This document shows positions 1 through 12,443 of a DNA stretch of 64,000 nucleotides, piece after piece. The stretch's first letter is position 1. Each line of letters begins with the position of its first letter. Source of the DNA: Chrysomallon squamiferum (lineage: Eukaryota > Animalia > Mollusca); contig CM022671.1 in NCBI GenBank assembly GCA_012295275.1, positions 18,476,001 through 18,540,000 of the forward strand, in the 5' to 3' direction. The notes below the pieces were generated by a model. That model did no database searches, was not told the DNA's origin, and was given only the letters and a program-made list of their open reading frames with translations. Made by a program: the position numbers and the translations under genes.

Positions 1-569
1 TGTTTTTTTTTATTAAAATGCCAAAAATTAAAAGAGATCTTTCTTTTATATGCTCCAGAATTTAAGGGAATAGATGAGATAATATGATTGAATTTTTTTG
101 TGTAAATATGTTGATAATTATATTTGTATGCATATATGGAAGTTTCTACATTGTTAGGTTCTTGGCATTTCTATATGTGTATGTGTGTGTGTGTACATTT
201 GTGTGTATGTTTTATTAGGTAGGTAGAACTGTCTGTGTGTGTGTGTGTGTGTGTTTGTGTGTAAAACAATCTTTTACAAAACATAATAAATCTTCAGCTT
301 TTTATCCTGTATTATCCAACATTAGTTAAAGTTTGTCACTGTTAAATTAAATATAACAATTTACTATCTGTGGAATATTTATTTGAAACAGAATACTTTT
401 TTTTTTTTTTTTTTTTTTTAATCTTATCAAAGAAAAACTAACATGCCTGCCTCGACAACTTACTGATTTCAAACATTTCTTGTCAAGAGGTGTTTGAAAA
501 ATGTTGCAAGTCTTCAGAAAAAAAATGTCTTATCTTTCTCTCAGAATGTCTAGAAAATCTCTCGCACTT

Positions 570-1030
570 TATGCATCACTGGTAATGTGAATTTGCAAAG
601 ATTAAATTTCACTGGTGTTTTTCTGAATACATCTGAATTTTTTTTTTTTTTTTTTTTTTTTGTTAAATAGGTCACTATGACTCTCATCAGAATTTTGAAA
701 AATTAAATTTTGATTTGTATTTTTGAGGATTATATTTTCAAATTTAGGTCACACTGCCCGACTTAAAAGTTTCCAAATAAATTAAATTTTTGCTGTTGTT
801 TTTCTGAATACATTTGCAAAAATAGGACCTTGTGCTTCTGACCTGAATTTGCACAAATGGATCAAGATGCCAGCCTTTTTTTTTTCTGTTTAGAATATTT
901 TTTTAAAAAGTATGGGTTATTATCTTCCTGGAAAATGTGTAAAGATTAGATTTTTCCTGATATTTTTCCAGCATAGTTGGGTCACCATGATGAATTTGCA
1001 AAGATTACATTTTGCAGATGTTTATCATTA
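570..1030. repeat. Degenerate ~80-bp tandem repeat
   Basis: Recurring taggtcac / gaatttgcaaagatta / ttttctgaatacat blocks. Confidence 0.5.
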
Positions 1031-1891
1031 TTCGTAATATGTTTTAAAAATCTGTTTAGATATAGTGTGAAGCACCTCCCACCACAAACATCAAGTTTTA
1101 TCCTTTACTTTAACTGCTTAGAGTCATTTCATGCAAAGTTTATTTACTTTTCTTTTTTTCTTTTTCTTTTTTTATGTTTTGATATGAACATATCAAATGT
1201 GTGAGGGTTTTTGTGGGTTAATACAAAAAAAAAATTATTTATTCTTTATTTTTTTTTCATGGGAAATTCAAAAGAGATGTTTTATCATTTGTGTTTTTTG
1301 TTTGTTTTTTTGAAACCTTTCTGAAAAGATTAAAAGTATATGCACAAACTACTGTATAAAAATAAATGTACATACATACGTACATAAATATTTTATTTAT
1401 TTAAACCAAATTTTATTTCCATGATTGAAGTTTTTTTTAATGTTTTTGTTTGTACAGTGCAGTAGTTTCACAGATACAGATATAAGGAAAAGTTTAATAC
1501 ACCCACATAATATTATTTGTCACTGCCTAATGTGTTACTGTGAAGTGCATGAATATTTTTTTTTTTAAATTTAATTTTGAGATTGAAGTGTTTTCTTGTC
1601 AGACTACTTTCATTGTAAAAATCATTGATAGTAAATGAAATGCTTTGTTACTTGTTCACATTAAATTCTATTGTTATTTTGATACTGACTGTAATCATTT
1701 GATATTGTATACATTTTAATTTTTTTAAATTGTTAATTTAACAATAATAATAAATAAAATAAATTATAATGTTAAGTATAAGGAAATGGTTGACAAAATA
1801 CACATTCAAAATATTTTATTATTTATTTTTGCTAAACATAACTGTCTGTAAATTATTGAACATTTTACCTTTCTTTTTAAATTTGAGTGAA

Positions 1892-1925
<34 letters not shown>

Positions 1926-2386
1926 AACAAAATAAACAAAATAAAATAAAATAAAATAAAATTTATTATAGGGGAGGTGCTTCTGCAGACAGAACATCAT
2001 ATACAGACATAATATTTGATTATTTGTTGTTACCAAATTCTGCTATTGTTATCTGTAAACTATTGAAGATTACACCGTTTTTGATTGTTGATTTAGCACA
2101 TTGGTGTGAGATATAAAAATCTTTGTAGTGTGACTGTTTCAATACAGCTGTTTGTCTGTCAGTCTTTGTTTGCTTGGGCCAGGGGTTTTGAGTTCAACAC
2201 CTCTTTCTGTTTGATCAACAAACAGTGAGATTTGTTGAGATGGAGAACTGACCAATCAGAACAGTCGACACAAGTGACATTCGGATGGAGTTCTGTTTGT
2301 TATGTTCCTGACATATTTTAAGCTAGACTGAATTTAAAACATTTGTGTTTTTATTTGTGTCTGATGTTGTAGATTTTTATTCTTTC

Positions 2387-2417
<31 letters not shown>

Positions 2418-2430
2418 TATTATTTTATTA

Positions 2431-2472
<42 letters not shown>

Positions 2473-2884
2473 TGTATTATTATTTTTTGGGGGGGTTTGT
2501 TTTGATTTTTTTTTTCTGTCTTTATAACATTTTTATATTTTAATACTTATTTGTGTTAATATGTTACACATACAAAAACAATCCAGTTTTAAAAACATTA
2601 TACAGATAATCTATATAACAATGTCCAACACTGTTTCACACACTATAACATATTAATAATAATCATTACGTTAGAACCTATATTTCAATCATTGTTTCAA
2701 ATGATATTAGATACTGAAATATTAATAAAGTCTTCTACAATGTAAAACAATATTTTTTACCCATGTCAATAGAATTTTTCATTGGAATTGTTTATTGGAA
2801 TAGAAATAAATTGTTGCATAGGCTACTGGCCTTTGATCAGCTACAACATATATTATAAGATAGTCTTTTGTATAATTTACAGAT

Positions 2885-3180
2885 CAATCAAAGACTATTG
2901 ATTATAAAATACAAATAGTAAAACAATTCTACAGAATATATATTTTTTTACATAACAAGTAGAAACATGTTTTTTTATAACAAAACACACATATCATTCA
3001 AAGACTATTGATTATGAAAAATAAATACTAAAACAACTGTAAAAGAATATTTTTAAGAATAACGAGATAAACCCACTGAATATCTAACAAAACACTCACA
3101 AATTATTCAAAGACTACTGATTATGAAATACAGATACTAAAACAATTCTAAAGAATACTCTTTAAACATAACAATCAGAA
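2885..3180. repeat. Degenerate ~110-bp tandem repeat, 3 copies
   Basis: tcaaagacta(t/c)tgattat...taaaacaattcta recurs near 2888, 2998 and 3107. Confidence 0.75.
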
Positions 3181-6100
3181 ATCTGCTACCAGTTTTTAAA
3201 ACTCAGCCTATTATCTGCTGTACTGTTTAGAAGAAAAAAAAAAAAAACCACAGTTTTTAGTTTAGTCTTTTTTCCCCTGAAGACTTGCATCATTCTGGTG
3301 TTGCAGAAGATCAGAGTCAGCTGCAGAAACAATTACACAATGATAAACACACAATGCAGCAGATGATTGCAGAACAATTAATTGCTTAATGATCACCCAC
3401 CATCCAGGTAAACATTGCCCTGGTGATGATATTTTGGTAAGAACTTCCAGCTGACTGACATTTATGCCTGACTGGCAGGCTTAAATGGTTGATGGACACC
3501 CAATACATGCTAATTACATTTCCTTGTAAGTGGATAATTGCCTTGAAACACTGAGCATCTTTGTTGTCGCTCTTACTTAGTAGCTTGAATAGTGCCAGCA
3601 GTTTTATGTAACGATTCAGGGCTTCTCGTTTTACTGTGTGATAAATACACAGTCAGAGTACACGAGGACTGCCACACTTGGAACTGAGAATTAAAAAAAT
3701 GGTTCTTTTTTTCTTTGAAAACTGAGAAATATTTGTTATAATTGCTTCCTAACGTTTTATTTTTTCATGGGGGAAAAAAAAATCCCCCAAAAATCCACCT
3801 CTTTAGGAAGAATTTATAAAAATGACATATATTTTCCAGTTTTGAAACAAAAAGAACCATTAAGAAACAAAGAAGAATAAGAACAAAAAAAACAACAACA
3901 CCAATGACATGAAAGTGGAGAAAGAAAAAACTCTCTAAATAACCACAGAATATAGCCAAACATCTAATAAATTCTTTGTTTTCCATTTCAATGAGTACTT
4001 CATCTAGTTTTCCCAAAGGCATATACTTTTTATCACTGGGGAGGTAAAATAACTTATTTTTTCCTGCTACTATAAAACTTTTCTCTGAAGATAATGGCAG
4101 AATTACTGAAATGCTTGTTAACAAAAAAGCAAATTACAGAAGATAAAAAATGGTTTTATTGTTGGACATTATTTTCACTTTCATTTTCATTTTCAAATTT
4201 AACAAGACTGATGCATTTAAATCTGCAACCAAAGTCTAAACAATTAATCCATTGTTATTTTAAAAAATAAACAAATAAATAAAAATATAAACAGTATTTA
4301 AAAACAACAAAAACAAAACAACAAGAAAACAACAAAAAAAAAAAACCCCACCAAACCAATTGACAACTTATTTATACACCAAGACCCCCCAAAATTTTAA
4401 AATGTTAAAAAAATGATAGACAAAACACTATATTAGTTATTTTTTAAAAAAATAAAATAAAAATGAGTTATTAGTTAAACAATAAAACCTTTTTGAACCA
4501 GATTTTTTTTTTTTTTTTTATCTGCCAGGCATTCACTTTGATGACATAAATCTATTTCAGAGTATTGTGTGTACAATTCAGCTTCATTGCTCATCACCTG
4601 TGTTGGTTTGTGTGGGCTGTGTTAGACAGAGCAATCTGTGCATCTTATTACATGTCGGCTAATTATTGATGATTTGTCTGAAGTGAATGATAGGAGTACA
4701 AAATACCACGTCTAACATTACAATCATTTATCACCAGGTTTTTTTCAAATCTTAGTTTCCTGTTTTAGAAGACATTTTTTTTGTTCTTCCCCATTAAAAA
4801 CAAAAAAAACAACAAAAAATTTAGAAGAAGAAAAGTAAAAGTGTTACTGTAAGAAGAAAAAAAAAACATGTTAGGAAAAAGTATGTTGTTGTGTATCTTT
4901 AGACACAGGTGAGTGTTTTAGAACATAATTCAAATTTGTAAAAAGAAAATTGTCTTCGAAAAAAAAGTTGTTTAAGTAATGAATATTTGAACAGTTAAAT
5001 AATGGTCTGAGGGAAAAAAAGGTTGTTATGTTAATTTAGAGAGCCTTGTTATTTCTGTTTTATTTGCTGGGAGGGTTTGTTGTTGTTTTAAATTTCTTTT
5101 ATTTTTCACATTTATTTTTTAATTTGTTTTATAATTTTTTTTTTTTTTTTTTTTATATATAACAATGTAGACAATATGTTTTTTAACAAAATATTTATTT
5201 TATACCATTTTATATTTCAAAACTTTTTTGCCTTTATGTTTAAAATAACTAAAACAATAAACAGTAAATACATTACTTTTATTTTATTTTTTTATTTTTT
5301 ATTATTTAATTTTTTTTATTTAATTATTAACTTTTTGCTCTTCCTAGCTATGGGTGGATGCATATAAAACTTGATAAAATCTATATTTTGTTATTAATTT
5401 TAAATATACATATATATAATGTATTGCTAAAGACTTCCCTTTTCATCTATCCAGTACTTTCATGACTTTGACAAATAAGGTTTTGTTGAAGAAGAAGAAG
5501 AAAAAAACAAAAAACAGTCTGATCCTCACATGACAAACTCATTTACTAAAAGTCATGTGGCAGTTTTTTCTTCTCTTTATTGTTTTAAAGGTATATTGCC
5601 TCATCATATAGTACTTCTGTTTTGAAAATATCACGCCATTACATATGTACAAGTCATTATCCGATTTGCCACAAGCTGTGGTTGTGCTGTGTTTTTGTGT
5701 TTGGAGATATTTGTGTTGTTTCTTGACTTCACCTAGAAAAAGAACAATATTCCGGTCATGTTGTAATGGCTATGATTATTATTTCTATAATTAACCAATT
5801 AGCATAAATCTTCTGCTAATTTCCCTTTTGTTTCCTTCACTGCAGTCTTCACAGCATTTCAGTAATCCTCTACAGATGGTTTCCTATAATAAATATTGTA
5901 TGTGTATATTTTTTCAACTGTTGGTATTTTTTTTTTATTTTTTTTTTTGGCTCAGTTGATATTTTCTGTACTTTGTTCTGTATTTTTAAAATGTATTTCT
6001 TATTTTACAAAGTTAGAACATTTTCTATAGTTGTTCCTGCTATTTTTATTAGATCAATTTTCATATATATATACTTTACAGATTTTCTGCTTTAATGTTG

Positions 6101-6426
6101 TACATCTATTCTAAAAACATATTTAATGTATTATGCATAGCTGTTCTACATATATGCCAAATTAATATATACTTGTACATTTTTGAAATATTTTAAATAT
6201 GTGCCAGTCTAAATTAATTTTGTTTATTTATTAAGGATAATACTTGTATTGGATATAATTATAAAAGTGACAAAGAAACCACAAAGCAAAACAAAAACAT
6301 AATTTAAAAAATCAAATAATAAAGAAGAATGGCTTGCTTATAACATATATATATTCATTTACATACCCATAATTATATGCACACATTTTGTATTCACTTG
6401 AAAACGCACACGCACACACACACACA

Positions 6427-6462
<36 letters not shown>

Positions 6463-7699
6463 CTCTCACACACAACATTCACGCCAAAAAACACCTGAGT
6501 TTACAGAATCTATCAGGATCTTCTGCATTCAGCATTACATGGAACTTCTCTCCTTGCTGCCACACATTTTACACCAGCTCTGACAACCAGAAACTGTAAA
6601 AGAGAAAAAAAAAAAAACCACTGTCCAAATCTTCATTGTCTGACTTGAGTCCACCTTTATTGATTTCCAGTTAAACACTAATGACCATTAAGCTGATAGT
6701 TAGTTCAGTGAAGCATGAAGAAAATGATATAAAATCATTGATCTTTCAATTGATTCGTCTTACTTAGGAGACCTTTATGACAGTATTTCAATATTGCAAT
6801 TAGCAGAGGATCTATTAGAGTGAAGGTATGGAAAGTACCTGTAATTAAGAATTAATCTTTTCTTACCTGTTCAGCCAGGTAGTCTGTGTTTTCATCAAGT
6901 TTATTTATGTTAGGATTACAGGTTGTAATTTACCATTCGAAGGATGCATTAATCAAATTAATGTTTTTCGAAAATAGCATTTAAAGCTAAAGATAATTTA
7001 CTTAATGTTTTTTCTTTTCTGTTCTTATTCTGTTTATTTACTTATTTATTTTATTTATTTATTTTTATTTAATTATTTATTCTTATTAATTTTTAATTTT
7101 ATTTGTTTATTTATTTTTATTTATTTGTTTGGTATTATTAATTTAATTTAATTTATTTAATTATTTTTTTATGATTATTATTATTATTTTTTTAAATTTC
7201 TAACAACATTTCAGAAATTAACCATGATATTTTTTTAAATCCAGATAATAATTTTGAAACAACACCGGAAATAATTATAACAAAATTAAAAAATCACCTT
7301 AGACATATCCCTAAAACAAACCAAGTATATCTATTTGTTTATCTTTATATCAGAATCTGACAAAAACTGTTGCCTAAATAAACCTTAGTGATTGTAATAC
7401 TTGTATCTTTTGCTTCTGTCTTGGAGCAGTTTCCCAATCCACCTTGAGTCTCTGCCTAATTTTTAGTATTATTATAGCCCTGATATCTTCTTTCTGTTCG
7501 TGAAATGGTACATTGTCACTAATGGTGCTAAGAGAAAACATTCTGTGCAGCATTTGTCAAACATACGAGATTTCTAACATGCAGCAGCTGATGATGATAT
7601 TTTGTAAAAAGAAAAAACATTTTTATATCAGAAAACTACTTTTATAATTCATGTTCATAGTATCTATCCATCTTATTTTTATTTATAGCATGCATCCAT

Positions 7700-7799
7700 C
7701 TAATATAGATTAACTATGAAGTTCATACATGCTTGTACTCATTTTTCTAATACAGATTAACTATGCAGTTCATACATACTTGCTTGTACTCATTTTTCT
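7700..7799. repeat. Tandem duplication of ~47 bp
   Basis: taata(t/c)agattaactatg(a/c)agttcatacat...gcttgtactcatttttc occurs twice. Confidence 0.8.
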
Positions 7800-8342
7800 C
7801 ATTATATTTTAAAAACCTATCTGAACTTGTAATAACGTAAAGTAACTAACAATACCTTTTCATTGTTTGTTGCCATGGATATATATGTATATATGAAAAT
7901 TTCATTCATTGTATATATATATATTTATAGATCTAGTTCTGAAAGGTATGACCTTTAAAACTAATCTCCAACTTGATTATCAAACATTATGTTGTACAAA
8001 AGAATATTGATCCAGTGTCCTTTTTATTTTATTTTATGTAAGCAGATGTTTTTGCATGTCTCTACCACTGTTTAGATAACTACAGTAAACACAGACTAGT
8101 AGAATAAAACAGAAGTAAATACAGAAGTGACATACTGAAGTGAAAGCTTCTACCTGTATTTGACATAAAGAATCAGAAGTCACAAATTAAAAGGTTGCAT
8201 ACGAGAGAAGCTGATGGGATCAAAATGCTGTTCAGAATAACTGAATCATGGCTTTTATTACTATTATTTTTTTGTATGTACTGTTATTATATTAGAGGGT
8301 TAAAAGACAATCTGGTGTTAGAATGTTAGAAGAAAGTGTGTC

Positions 8343-8626
8343 ATGTTAGAAGATCAAAGAAGAGAGATGTTGTGTTAGTATGTTAGAAGATTAGAGAAAT
8401 GAGATGTGTTAGTATGTTAGAAGATCAAAGAAGAGAGATGTTGTGTTAGTATGTTAGAAGATTAGAGAAATGAGATGTGTTAGTATGTTAGAAGATCAAA
8501 GAAGAGAGTTGTTGTGTTAGTATGTTAGAAGATTAGAGAAATGAGATGTGTTAGTATGTTAGAAGATCAAAGAAGAGAGTTGTTGTGTTAGTATGTTAGA
8601 AGATTAGAGAAATGAGATGTGTTAGT
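8343..8626. repeat. Near-perfect minisatellite, 4 x 71 bp (37+34-bp subunits)
   Basis: atgttagaagatcaaag starts at 8343, 8414, 8485 and 8556. Confidence 0.95.
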
Positions 8627-9074
8627 TTCAATAAAGAATGATGTTAATGTTCCTGATGATTTTAATGCAAAAATGGAAATATTTTGGGTGGCATCAAGAA
8701 CTGATCCCTAAAACTTCCAGTTTTAATGTCTAAAGAGGTTAGCTAGGTGCCAGAATAGCATGGGTGGCAGTTACAGTCCAGTGAGTGAGAGAGAGTGCTG
8801 TATCTTAGATTATAATTACCTGAGATATTTCAGTGCAGATATTTAGATAGCCAGAGTACTCAGTATTGCTGCATTGAAAAGCACTTACAACCATTGTTTG
8901 TTTAACTTTTGGTTGTTTAACTTTTGGTTGTTAAAACACTGTAGTGTTTAAAAAGCACTTAGTGTTACTTTTTATTGTACACAGGATCATCAGAGATAAC
9001 TGTTAGTTCTAAACAGAGCATACATTTATTAATATTAACATAGTTTGTGTTGAAGTGTTTTATATATTCCTGTA

Positions 9075-9076
<2 letters not shown>

Positions 9077-9152
<76 letters not shown>
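9077..9152. repeat. (CT)n microsatellite
   Basis: Perfect dinucleotide run. Confidence 0.98.
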
Positions 9153-9156
<4 letters not shown>

Positions 9157-9714
9157 CTCTGGGGAGGTCTGGGGTGTTTATGTAAAGATTCTAGTTTATA
9201 TTTTTACATTCTCAGGTAATAAATAATAGGTTAAATGCAATTGTGTTTTGAATGATGCTTTGTTATAACAAACTAACAGTTGCAATAATAATCATAAGAA
9301 AAATAATAAGAATAAGAAGAGAAAAGATACTATGATAATATTAATAATGAAAATAGTGACAATAATAATGATAATAATAATAATAAAAAAAGATAGTCAT
9401 AACAATAACAGACAGTAATAACAAACAGTACATGGAATATTGCTTCTAGCTACTTTTATCTTAAACTGATGGTTATCACAACAATAATAAAAGTGGTTAT
9501 AAAAGTGCTGTGGTACAGTACTTAGACTTAAACGTAAACAGGTAAGTATATGTACCAGAGATTTGAAATCTGCAGTGTTGATGAAAGCTGCCATATGTTA
9601 CAGACTTGCCACTAAATCTATGTCTCACACTGTACAGATCTTTGATTTTCTTATTAAACCGCCAAGGACTTCACCACAGCTGTTTGCGACAGCTACGTTA
9701 GCAACCCTGGCCTG

Positions 9715-9715
<1 letters not shown>

Positions 9716-9771
<56 letters not shown>

Positions 9772-9860
9772 TAATAATAATATTATAATAATGATAATAA
9801 TAATAATAACGATAATATAATAATATAATAATAATGATGGAATGATGATAATGATTATAA
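9716..9860. repeat. (AAT)n microsatellite
   Basis: Trinucleotide run that degenerates at its 3' end. Confidence 0.95.
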
Positions 9861-10419
9861 ATTATTTTAATTGATTTTAGGATATGAAAATGCTCATATA
9901 CTGTGTCAGTGAAAAAAAAAAAAAAATGTTGTTTAATGATGCAATATTCATTAAAATGTCACCATATTGTGGTTATGTTATCTAAACCTCAATTTCTTAT
10001 TTCAACAACTAAAAAAAAAAAAAAAAGGTATTTTTTAAATATATTTTTAAATGCTAACAAAGAATTTATGTCTGCAGTGCTTTCTTTGTTGAGTCATTTC
10101 AAACCAAATTTACATTTCTGGGTGGGTCCCTTCAATAATACACTTTATATATATAATAAAGGTGGATTTTATACAATTTGGAATTTCAGTTTTTATGCAC
10201 ATAAATCTGGACTTTGATCTGTACCAGCACAACTGGTTCATGTAGGGTTGTGTATACATTACCTGAATACTTTTTTATTTCTTTTTTTTCTTTTGAATAT
10301 AATTTCTTTATCTGCATCACTATACAAATATGCTGTTTATTTTTTAATTTTTAATAAATAAACACAATGTTGTTAAGCTTAGCTAAACAAATAAAATACA
10401 CTGGGAATCTTTTATAATA

Positions 10420-10780
10420 TGTGCAGATCGAAAATTAATAATTTCCACTATTTAGTTTTATTTAAATATCTGTTAATAATTCAGATGCTGCTTAATAATT
10501 TGTTTTATTTAGTTTTCAGTACAATATCTGTTAGTAATTCAGATAGAACTGAATAATTTTGTATTACAGTGTTTTCAGTACAGAATCTTTTATTAAAAAT
10601 GGATAAAACTAAAAAAATTCGTATCAGTTAGTTTTACAATATCTATTAATAAAAGCAGATCTGAATCTTTCATATCACTTAGCTTTCAGTACAAAAATCT
10701 ATTAATAAATGTGGATGAAACTTAATAATCAGTATCGTATAATTTTCAATTCAACATCTATCACTAAAATTCAATAGAAA
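10420..10780. repeat. Degenerate ~60-bp tandem repeat
   Basis: Recurring tagttttcagtacaatatct(g/a)ttaataa. Confidence 0.6.
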
Positions 10781-11209
10781 ACATACACAGATAATAATTC
10801 CTTGTATTGCATGATACAGTCAGTTTTGACAGGAAGATAAGTTTTGTTTTAACATACTGTTATGTTTCATTTGGTCTCGCTACTGGTACTTATGTGAACA
10901 TCCAGTTAGGATCCGAGTAATATTTTGTCTTCATTGTATATATTAGTGTCTAGGAAAAAAGCTGAATCTAATGAGGAAGGTACACAAAGATAGACATTGT
11001 GTAAATAGTGCAGTTGGTTGATGGATTGCATACGTAAATGATGTGCTTCCTTAGTAAACACTTTATATCTGCTAATAAATTCTATTTGCCCATACCTGAC
11101 AGTATGAAAAGCATTAGGAATTAAATCTACTCAGTCATGCAGCCTGAATTTCTGTTTATTAGATTTTTAGAGTCACCAGACTTGTTTTGGTACCATAACT
11201 TGTTTCATT

Positions 11210-11540
11210 TTGTTACAGTGTAAAAACGGTTGTGTCAGTGGTGTCTTTGTTATAAAGTAAAATTTCCTTCATGTGTGTCTTGTTTATAATGTAAAAACAG
11301 TTACCATGTAGTCTTAAAATGTAAAGCTCCTTTTCAGTATCAGTCTGTTATGGTGTTAAACAGTTTTTGAGTTTCACTTGTATTAAAATGTAAAACAGCT
11401 TTTTCAGTTTCACTGTTTTACAGTTTAAGCAGTTCTTTTAGTTTCACTATATTGCAATGTACAATAAAACAGATTTTCAATTTCATTTTATTACAGTGTA
11501 AAGCAGTTTTTCAGTTTCACAATGTATACTATAAAATTGG
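11210..11540. repeat. Degenerate ~33-bp tandem repeat
   Basis: Recurring tgtaaaacagtttttcagtttcac. Confidence 0.6.
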
Positions 11541-12360
11541 TCTTAATAGGTTGTGTTTGAATGATGTGCATGCCCGAAAATTTGTTCTTTTCATTCAAAG
11601 AGGTCATAAAACCAGAGTCTTCGTTAGATTTTGGCTTTTTCTTTGTTTTAAATCACAGTGAAAAGAGACATGACTTAATCTAGATTATTGGCTAGTAGAC
11701 AGTGTGTATTGATCCCATGACCTCTTACACTGATGTTTGCAAAGAATTTATTGAAAAAATCTGTTGAGTAAAATATCACATGGTGATGTAAAAACATACA
11801 TGATACAAATAAGCACAGCTGTTACATTAGATTTCAGCTCCGATTTCCTCTTTTTTTTAAATCTTTTGTTTTTGATTTTCAGTGTGTTAAATGTTATTGA
11901 TTATTGTTAATTAAAAAGAATCTGCATGGTTTTAATATTGTTAGAAATTTACTGGAAATAATAAATACTTAAAATAAATACAAAATTGTTGTTTAAGATT
12001 CAAACTTTCCAAGTGAATTAATATTATTGTTTGATTTGGGTTTCTCAAAGATGAATACACATGCACACACGTTTATACATATGTTCATCCAAATAGTAAC
12101 CAAACATACATATTCACATTCACATACACACTGATGAAAACACAAGTTTAGTTATACCCTATGTTTATACTGAAACATTCAAAACCACAGTTTTTATCAA
12201 AACACACACAATAAAACACACAGACACAAATTAATTATAATGGCTTTTTCTTCTTCTTCTATTTGTGTGTGTGTGTGTGTGTGTGTTTTAACAATTAATT
12301 GTAATTTAAGATGAGTTAATGGCAAATATTTAATATTTTCTTTTGTTTTGTGTTTTCCAG

Positions 12361-12443
12361 GTTTTGGTTTCATCACATTTGAACAAGAAGATGTTGTTGA
12401 AAAAGTCTGTGAGATTCATTTTCATGAAATTAATGGCAAGATG
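12361..12443 (+). CDS. msi: Musashi exon, RRM2 RNP1 to helix 2: (G)[27 protein letters not shown]
   Basis: Acceptor tgttttccag ends at 12360; donor gtgagt starts at 12444; 83 nt, phase 1 to 0. Confidence 0.96.

Noticed and set aside
8343-8626. Repeat-spacer-like pattern resembling a CRISPR array
   Set aside because: The apparent spacers alternate between two fixed sequences, no cas genes are present, and the context is a eukaryotic intron; it is a minisatellite.
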